Shown here piece after piece: positions 30,671-41,287 of a DNA stretch of 62,069 bases. The notes under the pieces are model-generated. The model was not told the DNA's origin, made no database searches, and was given only the letters and a program-made list of their open reading frames with translations. This DNA is from Eubacteriales bacterium (GTDB lineage Bacteria > Bacillota > Clostridia > Saccharofermentanales > UBA5734), in the NCBI GenBank assembly GCA_028684955.1, contig JAQUEY010000003.1:1-62069 (forward strand). Reading direction: 5' to 3'. Each line of letters opens with the position of its first letter. Position 1 is the stretch's first letter. The position numbers were made by a program, and so were the translations under genes.

Positions 30671-30973
30671 ATGCTAAACAGTAAACAACGCGCTTTTCTG
30701 CGCAGCCAGGCTAATTCGCTCGACAGTCTTTTCCAGATCGGAAAAGGTGACGTCGACGAAGCGGTTGTCAGAGGCCTTGATGAGATGATGACGACCCATG
30801 AACTGGTTAAAATTACCCTTCTCAAGTCTGCAGAAGCACAGCCAGCAGATCTTGCCCGGCAACTGAGCGAGGCCATCGGTGCTGATGTCGTTCAGGTTAT
30901 CGGCCGCAAACTGGTCTTCTACCGCTACTCACCCAAATTAGCCAAATTGGGAAAATCCATCATTTTACCCTGA
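30671..30973 (+). CDS. yhbY: ribosome assembly RNA-binding protein YhbY (CRM domain)
   Basis: MLNSKQRAFLRSQANSLDSLFQIGKGDV...ELVKITLL is a typical YhbY sequence. Confidence 0.88.
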   Translation: MLNSKQRAFLRSQANSLDSLFQIGKGDVDEAVVRGLDEMMTTHELVKITLLKSAEAQPADLARQLSEAIGADVVQVIGRKLVFYRYSPKLAKLGKSIILP

Positions 30974-31155
30974 AGCATCCGTCCGGTTCTGGTTTCTTTC
31001 TTGAACAATAACAGCTGACAACCGTCATTCTGTTCTGTGTAAACGATTGCTGTAACATTTGCAGTGTTCACAGAATCGTTCAAACCAGTATAATGAGTCT
31101 AAATAGTCAAATGGCTTAGCCGTTTGACTTCAAGAGAAAGAGAGGCAGAACTGAT

Positions 31156-31314
31156 ATGAAGAGATATGTGTGCGACTTGTGCGGTTATGTGTATGATCCA
31201 GCCGAGGGCGATCCGGATAACGGCATCGCTGCTGGCACTGCTTTCGAGGATCTCCCGGAAGAGTGGGTTTGCCCGCTGTGTGGCGTCGGCAAGGACCAGT
31301 TCAGCGAAGAATAA
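31156..31314 (+). CDS. rubredoxin (52 aa; absent from the ORF track)
   Basis: Hand translation gives [52 protein letters not shown]. It has two CxxCG knuckles and the rubredoxin core YVYDP...F.DLP..W.CP.CG. A GAGAGG SD lies upstream. Confidence 0.92.
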   Translation: MKRYVCDLCGYVYDPAEGDPDNGIAAGTAFEDLPEEWVCPLCGVGKDQFSEE

Positions 31315-31448
31315 AAGCCAAGGCTGCTCATCGGCAAGTCCGTGCAGGTCCAGGCAGTATGCCCGGCCCTCAAGATTAAAAACCAATCCATAGTGGCGCA
31401 CCGGTTGAACCAACCGGTGCGCACACGTCTGCCCAAAAGGAGAAAACC

Positions 31449-32660
31449 ATGCCTTTCCTGACCATTGGCGAGAATTTATTTGAAGTCGGTGCGATCCATC
31501 CCGACCGAGTTTTGTTCGACTGCCTGATGCCAACGCCTCATGGAACAACCTACAATTCCTATCTGGTGGTCGGCAAAGAGAAGACAGCCTTGATCGACAC
31601 CGTCGATCCGGAAAAAGCTCATGTCCTGATGAGCAATCTGGCTGATACCGGCATAACCAAACTGGATTACATCGTGTCCCTCCATACCGAGCAAGACCAT
31701 TCCGGATCGATTGAGGCCGTTTTGCGCCGCTTCCCGGATGCCATCGTGGTCGCCAATGCCAAGGTCAAGGAAATGGCCCTGACCCACCTTCATCTCCCGG
31801 AGGAGAAGATCCTCCAGATAGCCGAAGGTGACAAGCTGGAGCTCGGAGGCAAGACCCTCCAGTTCTACATGATTCCCTTTGCCCATTGGCCGGATAACAC
31901 CATGGCCCATTTGATTGAAGACAACATCCTTTTCTCCAGTGACCTGTTTGGCTCGCATTATTCCACCCCCAACAAGGCTTTCTCAACCTCCAGTTCTGAC
32001 CAGGTCCGGGCTGCCAAACATTACTATGCTGAAATCATGATGCCCTACCGGACTCATGTGCAAAAATACATTGCCAAGACACGCCAGATTGCCCCGCGCC
32101 AGATTGCACCTGCTCATGGGCCGATCTGGTTTGATCCGGAGGTCATCCTCAGTGGCTATGAGCGCTGGGCCGGCGACAGTGTCAAACGTCTGGTCACGAT
32201 CCCTTACATCAGCATGCACGATTCCACCCGGGTGATGGTGGATAGACTGGCAGTCAAGCTGGCCGAACAGGGCCTGTCCGTGGTCTGTCGCAATCTGGGC
32301 GAGAGCACTGAGAGCCTGTCCGTCGAAACTGGCCATTTCATCACCGACCTGGTCGATGCCGCAGCGGTCGTGTTTGCATCCTCCACGGTCCTCGGTGGCC
32401 CTCATCCCGGGGTGGCCTATGCGGCTCTGGTCGCCAATGCCATGCGCCCCAAGGTCAAATACATCGGCCTGATCGGCTCGTTTGGCTGGGGGACACAGAT
32501 CACCAACGCCCTGACCAGCTTGACTGGAAATATCAAGGCTGAACGCCTTGACCCAGTTTTGGTCAAAGGCTTGCCCCGTGAAGAAGACCTCAAACAGCTG
32601 GATCTGCTGGCCAAGGATCTGGGCGAGAAGATCAAGGCGCTGCCCAATCTGATGCGCTGA
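31449..32660 (+). CDS. flavodiiron protein (FprA-type O2/NO reductase)
   Basis: A metallo-beta-lactamase-like domain carries the diiron motif LHTEQDHSG (HxExDH), followed by a C-terminal flavodoxin-like domain (ISMHDSTRVM). The gene lies directly downstream of rubredoxin. Confidence 0.9.
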   Translation: MPFLTIGENLFEVGAIHPDRVLFDCLMPTPHGTTYNSYLVVGKEKTALIDTVDPEKAHVLMSNLADTGITKLDYIVSLHTEQDHSGSIEAVLRRFPDAIVVANAKVKEMALTHLHLPEEKILQIAEGDKLELGGKTLQFYMIPFAHWPDNTMAHLIEDNILFSSDLFGSHYSTPNKAFSTSSSDQVRAAKHYYAEIMMPYRTHVQKYIAKTRQIAPRQIAPAHGPIWFDPEVILSGYERWAGDSVKRLVTIPYISMHDSTRVMVDRLAVKLAEQGLSVVCRNLGESTESLSVETGHFITDLVDAAAVVFASSTVLGGPHPGVAYAALVANAMRPKVKYIGLIGSFGWGTQITNALTSLTGNIKAERLDPVLVKGLPREEDLKQLDLLAKDLGEKIKALPNLMR

Positions 32661-32691
32661 GCTCAGGGCAGGAACAATCATCTGAATGAAT

Positions 32692-32744
32692 AGACCCGGA
32701 GCGGCGCTGCACAGCTTGCAAGTTGCCGATCCGGGTCTTTGTTT
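32692..32744. terminator. terminator hairpin between convergent FDP and DUF4364 genes
   Basis: A 9-bp stem AGACCCGGA/TCCGGGTCT encloses a structured 29-nt loop that contains the palindrome CTTGCAAG. It is followed by TTTGTTT on the plus strand. Confidence 0.6.
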
Positions 32745-32794
32745 CGTATCACTGGCAGGGCAGGTGTGGCTCGGCTCACTGGCCGGCCGACTGG

Positions 32795-33457
32795 TTACAA
32801 AAGGCTTTGCTCGCCTGGCATGGGCCGGCGTGCGGGTTGTTCTTGCTGTATCAGCTCCGAAGGAACAGCACCGGCTGCTTCGGCAACGAGTGTTTCCTGG
32901 CGCAGGACCGGTTCATCAGACAAAAGGGCCAGCAGCCCCAGGTACATGCTTTGCGGCAGGCGTTGCCAGCGGTCGCAGATCTGCATGGCCAAGGATTTGT
33001 CCGGGATGGTGAGCGCCAGGTCAACCAGCTTTTTCTCGCCTTCAGACTGGCTCAGGCTGACCCGGTACTGACCTTTGCCATCTGGCTCGTACCAGGCGGT
33101 CAGCTGGCGTTCCAGCCGGATGTCTTTTTGCCAGCTGGTGCTGGCCTGGGCCAGGTAGGAACGGATCGGGGAGGGGATTTTGTGCTCGAGCGTTTCCAGG
33201 ATTGCCCTGCCTTGTTCAGTCAGGTCGCAACGGATGACAGCCTGGCCGGCCGCATCACGAGCTGGGTCGTCATCCCTAAAAGAGGCAGCGAGCATCTGGT
33301 CAGTGCGTAACCCTTCGTAGGCCGTTGCGAAACCGAAATAATCCATATAGAGCGTATCCAGAGCCAATGCCGTCAACTGGCTCAAAGTCACAGCCGGCAG
33401 GCTGCGGATAATGTACAAGATGATCAGTTTGGTGATGGCAAGTTCACTGCGTTCCAT
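32795..33457 (-). CDS. DUF4364 family protein
   Basis: The N-terminus MERSELAITKLIILYIIRSLPAVTLSQLTALALDTLYMDYFGF matches the DUF4364 pattern. ATG 33457 follows an AGGGGT SD, while the ORF track extension to 33619 starts at TTG without an SD. Confidence 0.7.
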   Translation of the reverse strand: MERSELAITKLIILYIIRSLPAVTLSQLTALALDTLYMDYFGFATAYEGLRTDQMLAASFRDDDPARDAAGQAVIRCDLTEQGRAILETLEHKIPSPIRSYLAQASTSWQKDIRLERQLTAWYEPDGKGQYRVSLSQSEGEKKLVDLALTIPDKSLAMQICDRWQRLPQSMYLGLLALLSDEPVLRQETLVAEAAGAVPSELIQQEQPARRPMPGEQSLL

Positions 33458-33610
33458 TGAAAACCCCTGTTTCCGATCCTGGCCCAGTCTGGTCGGCCGG
33501 TCGGATGGCCTTTCTACCATAACACAGTCAAGCAGGTCCCGTAAGGAGACCTGGCCTTTTCCTTTTGCCAGTGTCAATCCAGAGGGCTCGGCTTCGACAG
33601 GCAATTTGTC

Positions 33611-33640
33611 AATAAACAATCATAAACGATCGTTAAAGTG
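33611..33640. repeat. three 10-bp-phased A-tract units
   Basis: The units are AATAAACAAT, CATAAACGAT and CGTTAAAGTG. They lie in the AT-rich DUF4364/LCP intergenic region. Confidence 0.6.
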
Positions 33641-33721
33641 CTCGAATGTGACAATTTATGCATAGTTTACATTTTGTTCATATAATCATTCGAAAAAAAT
33701 AGCAACAAACAGGAATGATAA

Positions 33722-33730
33722 TGCTATAAT
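33722..33730 (+). promoter_or_regulatory. extended -10 promoter for the first LCP gene
   Basis: TGcTATAAT lies at 33722-33730, leaving a leader of about 118 nt. Confidence 0.5.
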
Positions 33731-33854
33731 CCTCTCATTGTGTGCAGGCAGCATGCTTTTTTCTTGCCATCTTTTACTGCTGCATGCATGCTGGCCTTCC
33801 AAGCCTGTACTTGAGGATACATCAACAACCTGTCTATATCTGGAGGATTATTGA

Positions 33855-35030
33855 ATGGCAAACTACCGTCGACGCAGAGCATCCAGCTGGAGAATGATTG
33901 CCGTGGCAGTCGCAGCGATCTTTGTGGTAGTCAGTATCGCAGCAGTCCTGATCGTCAACACCTTCCTGAACAAGATCGACAATGATCCGGAAGGTTTCGT
34001 CGAGACCATACCGGAAATCTACGATGTCCCGACGGAATCCCTCGTCCATGAGATTCCCAAGGAGGAGGGCATCACCAATATCCTCCTGCTGGGTGTCGAC
34101 AACCGTAATTCAGCCGTTGCCAGCCCGGAGGAGCGATCCGACTCGATGATCATCCTGACCATCGATGAGAAGAGCAAGAAATTCAAACTGACCTCCCTGC
34201 AACGCGACATGATGGTCTATTTTCCCGCGACAGATAACATCCACAAGATCAATTCCGCCAATGCCGAGGGTGGTCCACTGCTTGCGATGCGCGTCATCAA
34301 CGACACGTTCCGCCTCAACATTGAGAAGTATGTCCTGGTCAATATGATCGGCATGGAGAAGATCATTGACCTGGTTGGTGGAGTTCCGGTCGATGTTTCA
34401 GAGTCCGAGCTCAAGGCTTTGAATGCCGAGCTGACCATGATCAATTTGACCTTCAAGAATACCGAGCCTGCCGCTTATCTGGAAAATACCGGTTCCCAGC
34501 TGCTGGATGGCCGCCAGGCGGTCACCTATGCCCGTATCCGCCAGTATGACGACGACTATCACCGCATGGGCCGTCAGCGCGAAGTCCTCCAGGCCATGCT
34601 CGACCAGTTCATGAAAGCCGATCTTGCAACGAAGACCAAGGTGCTCAATGAAGGTCTGCCCCTGATCACGACGAACATCACCAAAGACGAAATCATCCAG
34701 CTAGGCATCGACCTCCTGCCGATGATGGATGCCACCATCGACCAGATGCAGATTCCCACAGCCGGTGATTTCCGTGAATACAGCGGCACCATCTGGATGA
34801 ACTTGTGTGATTACAATGCCATGATTCCCAAGCTGCAACAGTTCATGTTCGGCAAGACTTATGAATTCGACAAGGTCCGTGAAATTCCCGGTGCCCCGAA
34901 TTCCAGCATTTCACTGCCCTCCTCGTATGAGAAGAAGATCCTCGAAACGGCCAAGCCTGACGAATCAGTCGATCCTGCCCTGACAACCAGCTCAGACCCG
35001 TCTGAGCCTTCTGAAACGAGTGCCGGTTGA
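33855..35030 (+). CDS. LytR-CpsA-Psr (LCP) family cell-envelope glycopolymer transferase
   Basis: An N-terminal TM anchor is followed by LCP core motifs ITNILLLGVDNR, ERSDSMIILT and GRQAVTYARIR. Confidence 0.9.
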   Translation: MANYRRRRASSWRMIAVAVAAIFVVVSIAAVLIVNTFLNKIDNDPEGFVETIPEIYDVPTESLVHEIPKEEGITNILLLGVDNRNSAVASPEERSDSMIILTIDEKSKKFKLTSLQRDMMVYFPATDNIHKINSANAEGGPLLAMRVINDTFRLNIEKYVLVNMIGMEKIIDLVGGVPVDVSESELKALNAELTMINLTFKNTEPAAYLENTGSQLLDGRQAVTYARIRQYDDDYHRMGRQREVLQAMLDQFMKADLATKTKVLNEGLPLITTNITKDEIIQLGIDLLPMMDATIDQMQIPTAGDFREYSGTIWMNLCDYNAMIPKLQQFMFGKTYEFDKVREIPGAPNSSISLPSSYEKKILETAKPDESVDPALTTSSDPSEPSETSAG

Positions 35031-35051
35031 CCCGTCCCGGGGGACAGATCC

Positions 35052-35723
35052 ATGCTGGCAGATAGCATCATCCTGATCACCCTGGCCCTGTTTGCGCTCA
35101 ATGGCTTCCAGCGTGGTTTTCTCACCTTGGCTGGACGGTTGCTGGTTCTTCTGGTGTCCCTGGGCGTTGCTTTCCTGATGCTTGGGCCGACTGCTCTGGC
35201 TTTGGACAGTTTGCCTTTCATCGATGATCTGGCTGAGTCAATCAATGACCAGATCATCTATCCGTTGATGCCAGCATCCGCATCCCTGGCAGATGCCATT
35301 GCAAACCTTCAGCTGCCTGCACCGGTCGAGCATTTCCTGTTGGCTGAGTTCCCGCAAACTGAAGGTCCTTTCATCGATGTCTGGCCGCAATTGTCTGCAA
35401 CCATCGCCCAATACCTGGTTAAAGCAGTCACCTTCATCATCCTTTTGATTTTGGTCTCGGTGGTCATCCAGACCTTGGTCAGTCTGATGACCACCGCTCT
35501 GGACCATGTTCCTGTTCTGGGTGGACTCAACCGACTGGCGGGTCTTCTGGTCGGCGCCCTGCATGGGGCCCTGATTCTGGCCCTTGCGATTTTTTTCACC
35601 AGCCTTTTTACCCCCTATTTCCCATCGCTCGGCTTGCTTTTGGACGATTCCTGGCTGATCCGGCAATTTTATGCAATTGACTGGGTCGGCCTGTTTTTGG
35701 CGCGATTCCTGGAGCAGATTTGA
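35052..35723 (+). CDS. cvpA: CvpA family membrane protein
   Basis: MLADSIILITLALFALNGFQRGFL is followed by 4 TM helices, which is typical CvpA architecture. Confidence 0.75.
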   Translation: MLADSIILITLALFALNGFQRGFLTLAGRLLVLLVSLGVAFLMLGPTALALDSLPFIDDLAESINDQIIYPLMPASASLADAIANLQLPAPVEHFLLAEFPQTEGPFIDVWPQLSATIAQYLVKAVTFIILLILVSVVIQTLVSLMTTALDHVPVLGGLNRLAGLLVGALHGALILALAIFFTSLFTPYFPSLGLLLDDSWLIRQFYAIDWVGLFLARFLEQI

Positions 35724-35751
35724 TCTTTCCTGATCTTTTGCTTGCTAGCTC

Positions 35752-35780
35752 TTGACAAATCCGCGGCACAATTTTATAGT
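35752..35780 (+). promoter_or_regulatory. sigma-A-type promoter for groES-groEL
   Basis: TTGACA (35752-35757), a 17-nt spacer, then TATAGT (35775-35780). Confidence 0.8.
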
Positions 35781-35791
35781 CAGTACTGGAA

Positions 35792-36147
<356 letters not shown>

Positions 36148-36161
36148 CATCTGGACACTAA

Positions 36162-37820
<1,659 letters not shown>

Positions 37821-37866
37821 GAACAGCAGCCGCAACCGCTGACCTGACTCATGATTCAACTTGGAG

Positions 37867-37903
37867 CCGTCTCAAAGCTGGAAAAGCTTTGAGACGGTTT
37901 TTT
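37867..37903 (+). terminator. intrinsic terminator after groEL
   Basis: A 12-bp stem CCGTCTCAAAGC/GCTTTGAGACGG with a 7-nt loop is followed by TTTTTT. Confidence 0.9.
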
Positions 37904-38010
37904 CTTGGCTCTTTATCCAACTTCCGTGAAAGACATGTAATAAATGCAGCGGATTCCAATAAGAATGGTCATGGAGTAAGGTTGCCTCGGGTTCATTGTT
38001 CTTCATGAAA

Positions 38011-38040
38011 ACCAGCAAATAACCGCAAATCACCGCAAAG
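38011..38040. repeat. three tandem 10-bp units with phased GCAAA
   Basis: The units are ACCAGCAAAT, AACCGCAAAT and CACCGCAAAG. The array ends 18 nt upstream of the -35 of the second LCP promoter. Confidence 0.7.
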
Positions 38041-38057
38041 AGCCTTTTCGTTATTTA

Positions 38058-38086
38058 TTGACAGCATCAGGAAAAAGGATTATATA
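38058..38086 (+). promoter_or_regulatory. sigma-A-type promoter for the second LCP gene
   Basis: TTGACA (38058-38063), a 17-nt spacer, then TATATA (38081-38086). Confidence 0.65.
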
Positions 38087-38141
38087 TACAAATTGCTTTA
38101 CATTTTCGCAATAAAACCAACCTTTTCTGATAGGACACTGC

Positions 38142-39269
38142 ATGAAAAACAATCGCTCATCTGCACCCATGATCGAGCCGGAGAACAAGCCGGTATCCCA
38201 AACAACAGATAGAGTCTACAGCCGCACGCATCCGGCCAGCCCAGGCAAACGCGCCCTGAAGGTTGGACTCATCCTCATCAGTCTGATTCTGGTGGCTATC
38301 CTGGCCCTGGGCGGCGGCCTGTGGATCCTGGTCAGCCAGAATGTCCGGACGTTTGACGCGTCCGAGACGCTCAAGGAGCCCTATGACACGGCCTCGGATC
38401 CGCTCGAACATCCGCTGCCGGAAGTCAAGGGCATCACCAATATCCTGCTGCTCGGAGTGGACAACCGGGATGCTGCATCAGACAGCATTGCTGAACGTTC
38501 GGATTCGATGATGATCCTGACCGTGGATTCGGTCCATGGCCAGATCAAGCTGACATCGTTGCAACGCGACATGAGTGTCTATATTCCAGGCAAAAAGGGC
38601 ACGGACAAGATCAATGCTGCCAATGCCCTGGGTGGTCCCCTCCTGGCCATGCGTGTGGTCAGTGAGACCTTGCGCCTGGATATCCAGAAATTTGTCGTCG
38701 TCAACATGGCTGGCCTGGAAAAAATCATCGATGCTGCCGGTGGGGTCACGCTCGATGTTTCGGATAAAGAATTGAAGGCAGTCAATGAAGAATTAGCCAT
38801 GGTCAACAAGACTTTCCCAGACACGGAGCCATCACCTGCGCTCGAACAGCCCGGTATCCAGCTTTTAAATGGCCGTCAGGCGGTGACCTATGCCCGCATC
38901 CGCAAGATCGACAGTGATTATGCCCGCATGGAGCGCCAGCGTGAGGTTCTGCAGGCGCTGGCAGAGGCTGCTCTCAAAGCCGGCCCCCAGGCGAAAATCG
39001 ATCTGGCACACGTAGGACTGTCCCAGATCACAACCAACCTGACTACCCGCGAGATGTTCCTTCTTGGCCTGCGATCGCTTCCCTTGCTCACAAAACCGAT
39101 CGCCCAGCTCCAGATCCCGATCGAAGGCTATTACAAGAACGTCAGTGGCGAAGTCTGGAAAAGCCTGTGTGACTTCAATGGCATGATCCCGCTGCTGCAG
39201 GATTTCATCTATGGTCAGACCTTCCCTTTTGATCCTGTCAAAGAAATCGAAGGCGCCCCAGGCAGCTGA
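38142..39269 (+). CDS. LytR-CpsA-Psr (LCP) family protein, paralogue of 33855-35030
   Basis: A TM anchor is followed by ITNILLLGVDNR, ERSDSMMILT and GRQAVTYARIR. About half of the aligned residues match the first LCP by eye, including the C-terminal GAPGS. Confidence 0.9.
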   Translation: MKNNRSSAPMIEPENKPVSQTTDRVYSRTHPASPGKRALKVGLILISLILVAILALGGGLWILVSQNVRTFDASETLKEPYDTASDPLEHPLPEVKGITNILLLGVDNRDAASDSIAERSDSMMILTVDSVHGQIKLTSLQRDMSVYIPGKKGTDKINAANALGGPLLAMRVVSETLRLDIQKFVVVNMAGLEKIIDAAGGVTLDVSDKELKAVNEELAMVNKTFPDTEPSPALEQPGIQLLNGRQAVTYARIRKIDSDYARMERQREVLQALAEAALKAGPQAKIDLAHVGLSQITTNLTTREMFLLGLRSLPLLTKPIAQLQIPIEGYYKNVSGEVWKSLCDFNGMIPLLQDFIYGQTFPFDPVKEIEGAPGS

Positions 39270-39389
39270 TCTGAAAATGCCCGGTATCCATCCAGGGCTA
39301 ACGGCTGGCCCCAGCCGAAATCCAGCTTTTCCATGTTGCCCTCATCAGCGAATATCGCTAGAATGGGCAGAGGAAGGCGGTGGACTCTG

Positions 39390-39899
39390 ATGGATGATTC
39401 CTTTCACGAACTGATTGTCAAAGCCAGGATGACCTCGAATGACCGGCTGAAAATGGCTGGTCTGGTCCTTCTTGGACTTGTCTTGTTGTTCCTGGTGATC
39501 TTGTTTGGCGGCTATCTGGGCAGCCTGAGCGTCCTGGCTCTGGCCGGGATTGGGTATGGCTTGTTCTATCTCCTCCGTGGCTTTGCCCGCGAATACGAAT
39601 ACACCGTCACCAATGGCGATCTCGACATCGATTTGATCATTGCCCAGCGCAAGCGTCGCCGGGTCTTTTCCGGCGCAGCCCGTACATTTGACTCGATGGA
39701 GCCCCTGGATAAACAGCCAGCCGGAACGGGTGAAAAGACCGGTACAGTGATCGACTGTCGCTCCAGTCATTCTCGCGGGGTCGACTATAAAATCCGGACG
39801 GACTACAAGGGCAAACCGGTGATTGTCTTGCTCTCGCCTGACGAAAAGATCCTAAACCAGCTTCGTAAATACAATCCGGGCCGGATCCGCCTCGGTTAA
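39390..39899 (+). CDS. hypothetical two-TM membrane protein (tentatively DUF6106-like)
   Basis: MDDSFHELIVKA is followed by two TM helices and then EYEYTVTNGDLDIDLIIAQRKRRR. The family name is from memory only. ATG 39390 was chosen over the ORF track start 39333. Confidence 0.55.
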   Translation: MDDSFHELIVKARMTSNDRLKMAGLVLLGLVLLFLVILFGGYLGSLSVLALAGIGYGLFYLLRGFAREYEYTVTNGDLDIDLIIAQRKRRRVFSGAARTFDSMEPLDKQPAGTGEKTGTVIDCRSSHSRGVDYKIRTDYKGKPVIVLLSPDEKILNQLRKYNPGRIRLG

Positions 39900-39931
39900 A
39901 CCATCATGTCTTTGTGGAAGGGGTCTTTGCA

Positions 39932-41287
39932 ATGGGCAAATCAAGAGACAGGTTTTTCACTCCGACCGAACGCAGCTGGATTCTCTATGATTGGGCCAAT
40001 TCCGCTTACGCGACCATCATCATGGCAGCTGTTTTCCCGATCTATTTTGCCAGTGTGGCTAAATCCGCTGGCGTCAGTGGTGATGTTTGGTGGGGCTATG
40101 GCTCTTCTGCTGCGACCTTGACGGTCGCGGTCCTGGCACCTGTGCTCGGCGCCATCGCTGATTTCCACGGTATGAAAAAAAAGTTGCTGCTGACCTTCCT
40201 GCTTATTGGTCTGGCCTTCACTTCGCTGATGGCTCTGACAGACAATTGGCAGATCATGCTGCTCGGATATGTGTTCTCCTACATCGGATTCACCGGGTCT
40301 TTACTGTTTTACGATGCCTTCATCACCGATGTCACCACCCCAGACCGGATGGACAAGGTCTCCTCCTGGGGTTTTGCCATGGGCTACCTGGGTGGCAGCA
40401 CCATCCCGTTCATTCTCTCGATTCTCCTGATCACCGCTGGCCCTTCTTTTGGCATCGGCGCCACTCTGGCGGTCAAGTTGTCCGTGGGCCTTTGCGTCGT
40501 CTGGTGGGCTGGTTTCAGCCTGCCGATCCTGCTTCATGTCCACCAGGTCCATTCGATCGACATGCCGGCCAGAGATCTCGTCGGCAGTGCTTTGCGCGGC
40601 ATCGTCCGGACAGCCCGGGAAATCATCGCCAACCGGGCCATGCTGGTTTTCATGCTGGCGTATTTTTTCTACATTGACGGTGTCAATACGGTCATCCATA
40701 TGGCAACTGTGTATGGTTCGACCCTGGGCCTGGACTCCACCGGCATGATCCTGGCCTTGCTGGTGACCCAGCTGGTGGCCGTACCCAGTTCGATCGCTTT
40801 TGGCCGCCTGGCCCGGCGTTTTGGTTCGATCAACATGATCACGGCAGCCATCGGGATCTACACGGTGATCTGCCTGGTCGGCTTCTACATGGGGATTCTG
40901 GTCGAATCCGGGGCTCCGGACGGAGTTGCGACAGCGACGCGCCTGTTCTGGGCCATGGCAATTCTGGTCGGGACCAGCCAGGGCGGTATCCAGGCTTTGT
41001 CACGCTCGTTTTTTGGCAAACTGGTTCCACCCGACCGTTCCAACGAATTCTTCGGTTTCTTTGATATCTTCGGCAAATTCGCCGCTGTCATGGGTCCATT
41101 CATTTACGCCACACTCGCGGGCCTGACCGGCCGTTCATCCTCCGGGATTCTCGGCCTGATCATCCTGTTTGCCATCGGATTTGCCATCATCCGGATCGGC
41201 CGGCCCTACCTGAGGCAGGTCGAGGAGCAGGGAGCCACAGCTGAGCGCGCTGCTGTGGAGGCCCGGAACAACCATCATGACAGCTGA
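39932..41287 (+). CDS. MFS transporter, UMF1/Atg22-like family
   Basis: The UMF1-type N-terminus ERSWILYDWANSAYATIIMAAVFPIYF is followed by about 12 TM helices. ATG 39932 was chosen; GTG 39914 is an alternative. Confidence 0.8.
   Translation: MGKSRDRFFTPTERSWILYDWANSAYATIIMAAVFPIYFASVAKSAGVSGDVWWGYGSSAATLTVAVLAPVLGAIADFHGMKKKLLLTFLLIGLAFTSLMALTDNWQIMLLGYVFSYIGFTGSLLFYDAFITDVTTPDRMDKVSSWGFAMGYLGGSTIPFILSILLITAGPSFGIGATLAVKLSVGLCVVWWAGFSLPILLHVHQVHSIDMPARDLVGSALRGIVRTAREIIANRAMLVFMLAYFFYIDGVNTVIHMATVYGSTLGLDSTGMILALLVTQLVAVPSSIAFGRLARRFGSINMITAAIGIYTVICLVGFYMGILVESGAPDGVATATRLFWAMAILVGTSQGGIQALSRSFFGKLVPPDRSNEFFGFFDIFGKFAAVMGPFIYATLAGLTGRSSSGILGLIILFAIGFAIIRIGRPYLRQVEEQGATAERAAVEARNNHHDS

Noticed and set aside
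31099-31548. A 149-aa minus-strand ORF, together with the 75-aa plus-strand ORF at 31166-31393.
   Set aside because: They overlap the hand-identified rubredoxin gene and the start of the flavodiiron gene. Neither has motif support, and the rubredoxin frame explains the region.
33458-33619. A possible 54-aa N-terminal extension of the DUF4364 protein, giving the ORF track start at 33619.
   Set aside because: The extension begins at TTG without an SD and has no resemblance to the family N-terminus, whereas ATG 33457 is preceded by AGGGGT and gives the canonical DUF4364 start. The region is GC-rich like coding DNA, so this rejection is only moderately confident.
33753-33854. A 33-aa upstream ORF (MLFSCHLLLLHACWPSKPVLEDTSTTCLYLEDY) whose TGA stop directly abuts the ATG of the first LCP gene.
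   Set aside because: It has only a weak SD (GCAGG), no comparable uORF exists upstream of the paralogous LCP gene, and the peptide has no recognisable features. It could still be a leader peptide, but the sequence alone does not support calling it.
37905-38040. A 44-aa minus-strand ORF (MKNNEPEATLLHDHSYWNPLH...) in the groEL-LCP intergenic region.
   Set aside because: It has no SD, it runs into the groEL terminator hairpin, and I see no homology cue.
38070-38100. A TATATA-centred AT-rich stretch that superficially resembles a dif/Xer site.
   Set aside because: The flanking arms do not match the Firmicutes dif consensus. The hexamer is better explained as the -10 of the LCP promoter, and the neighbourhood (dnaB, rpsF-ssb-rpsR) suggests an origin-proximal rather than terminus location.
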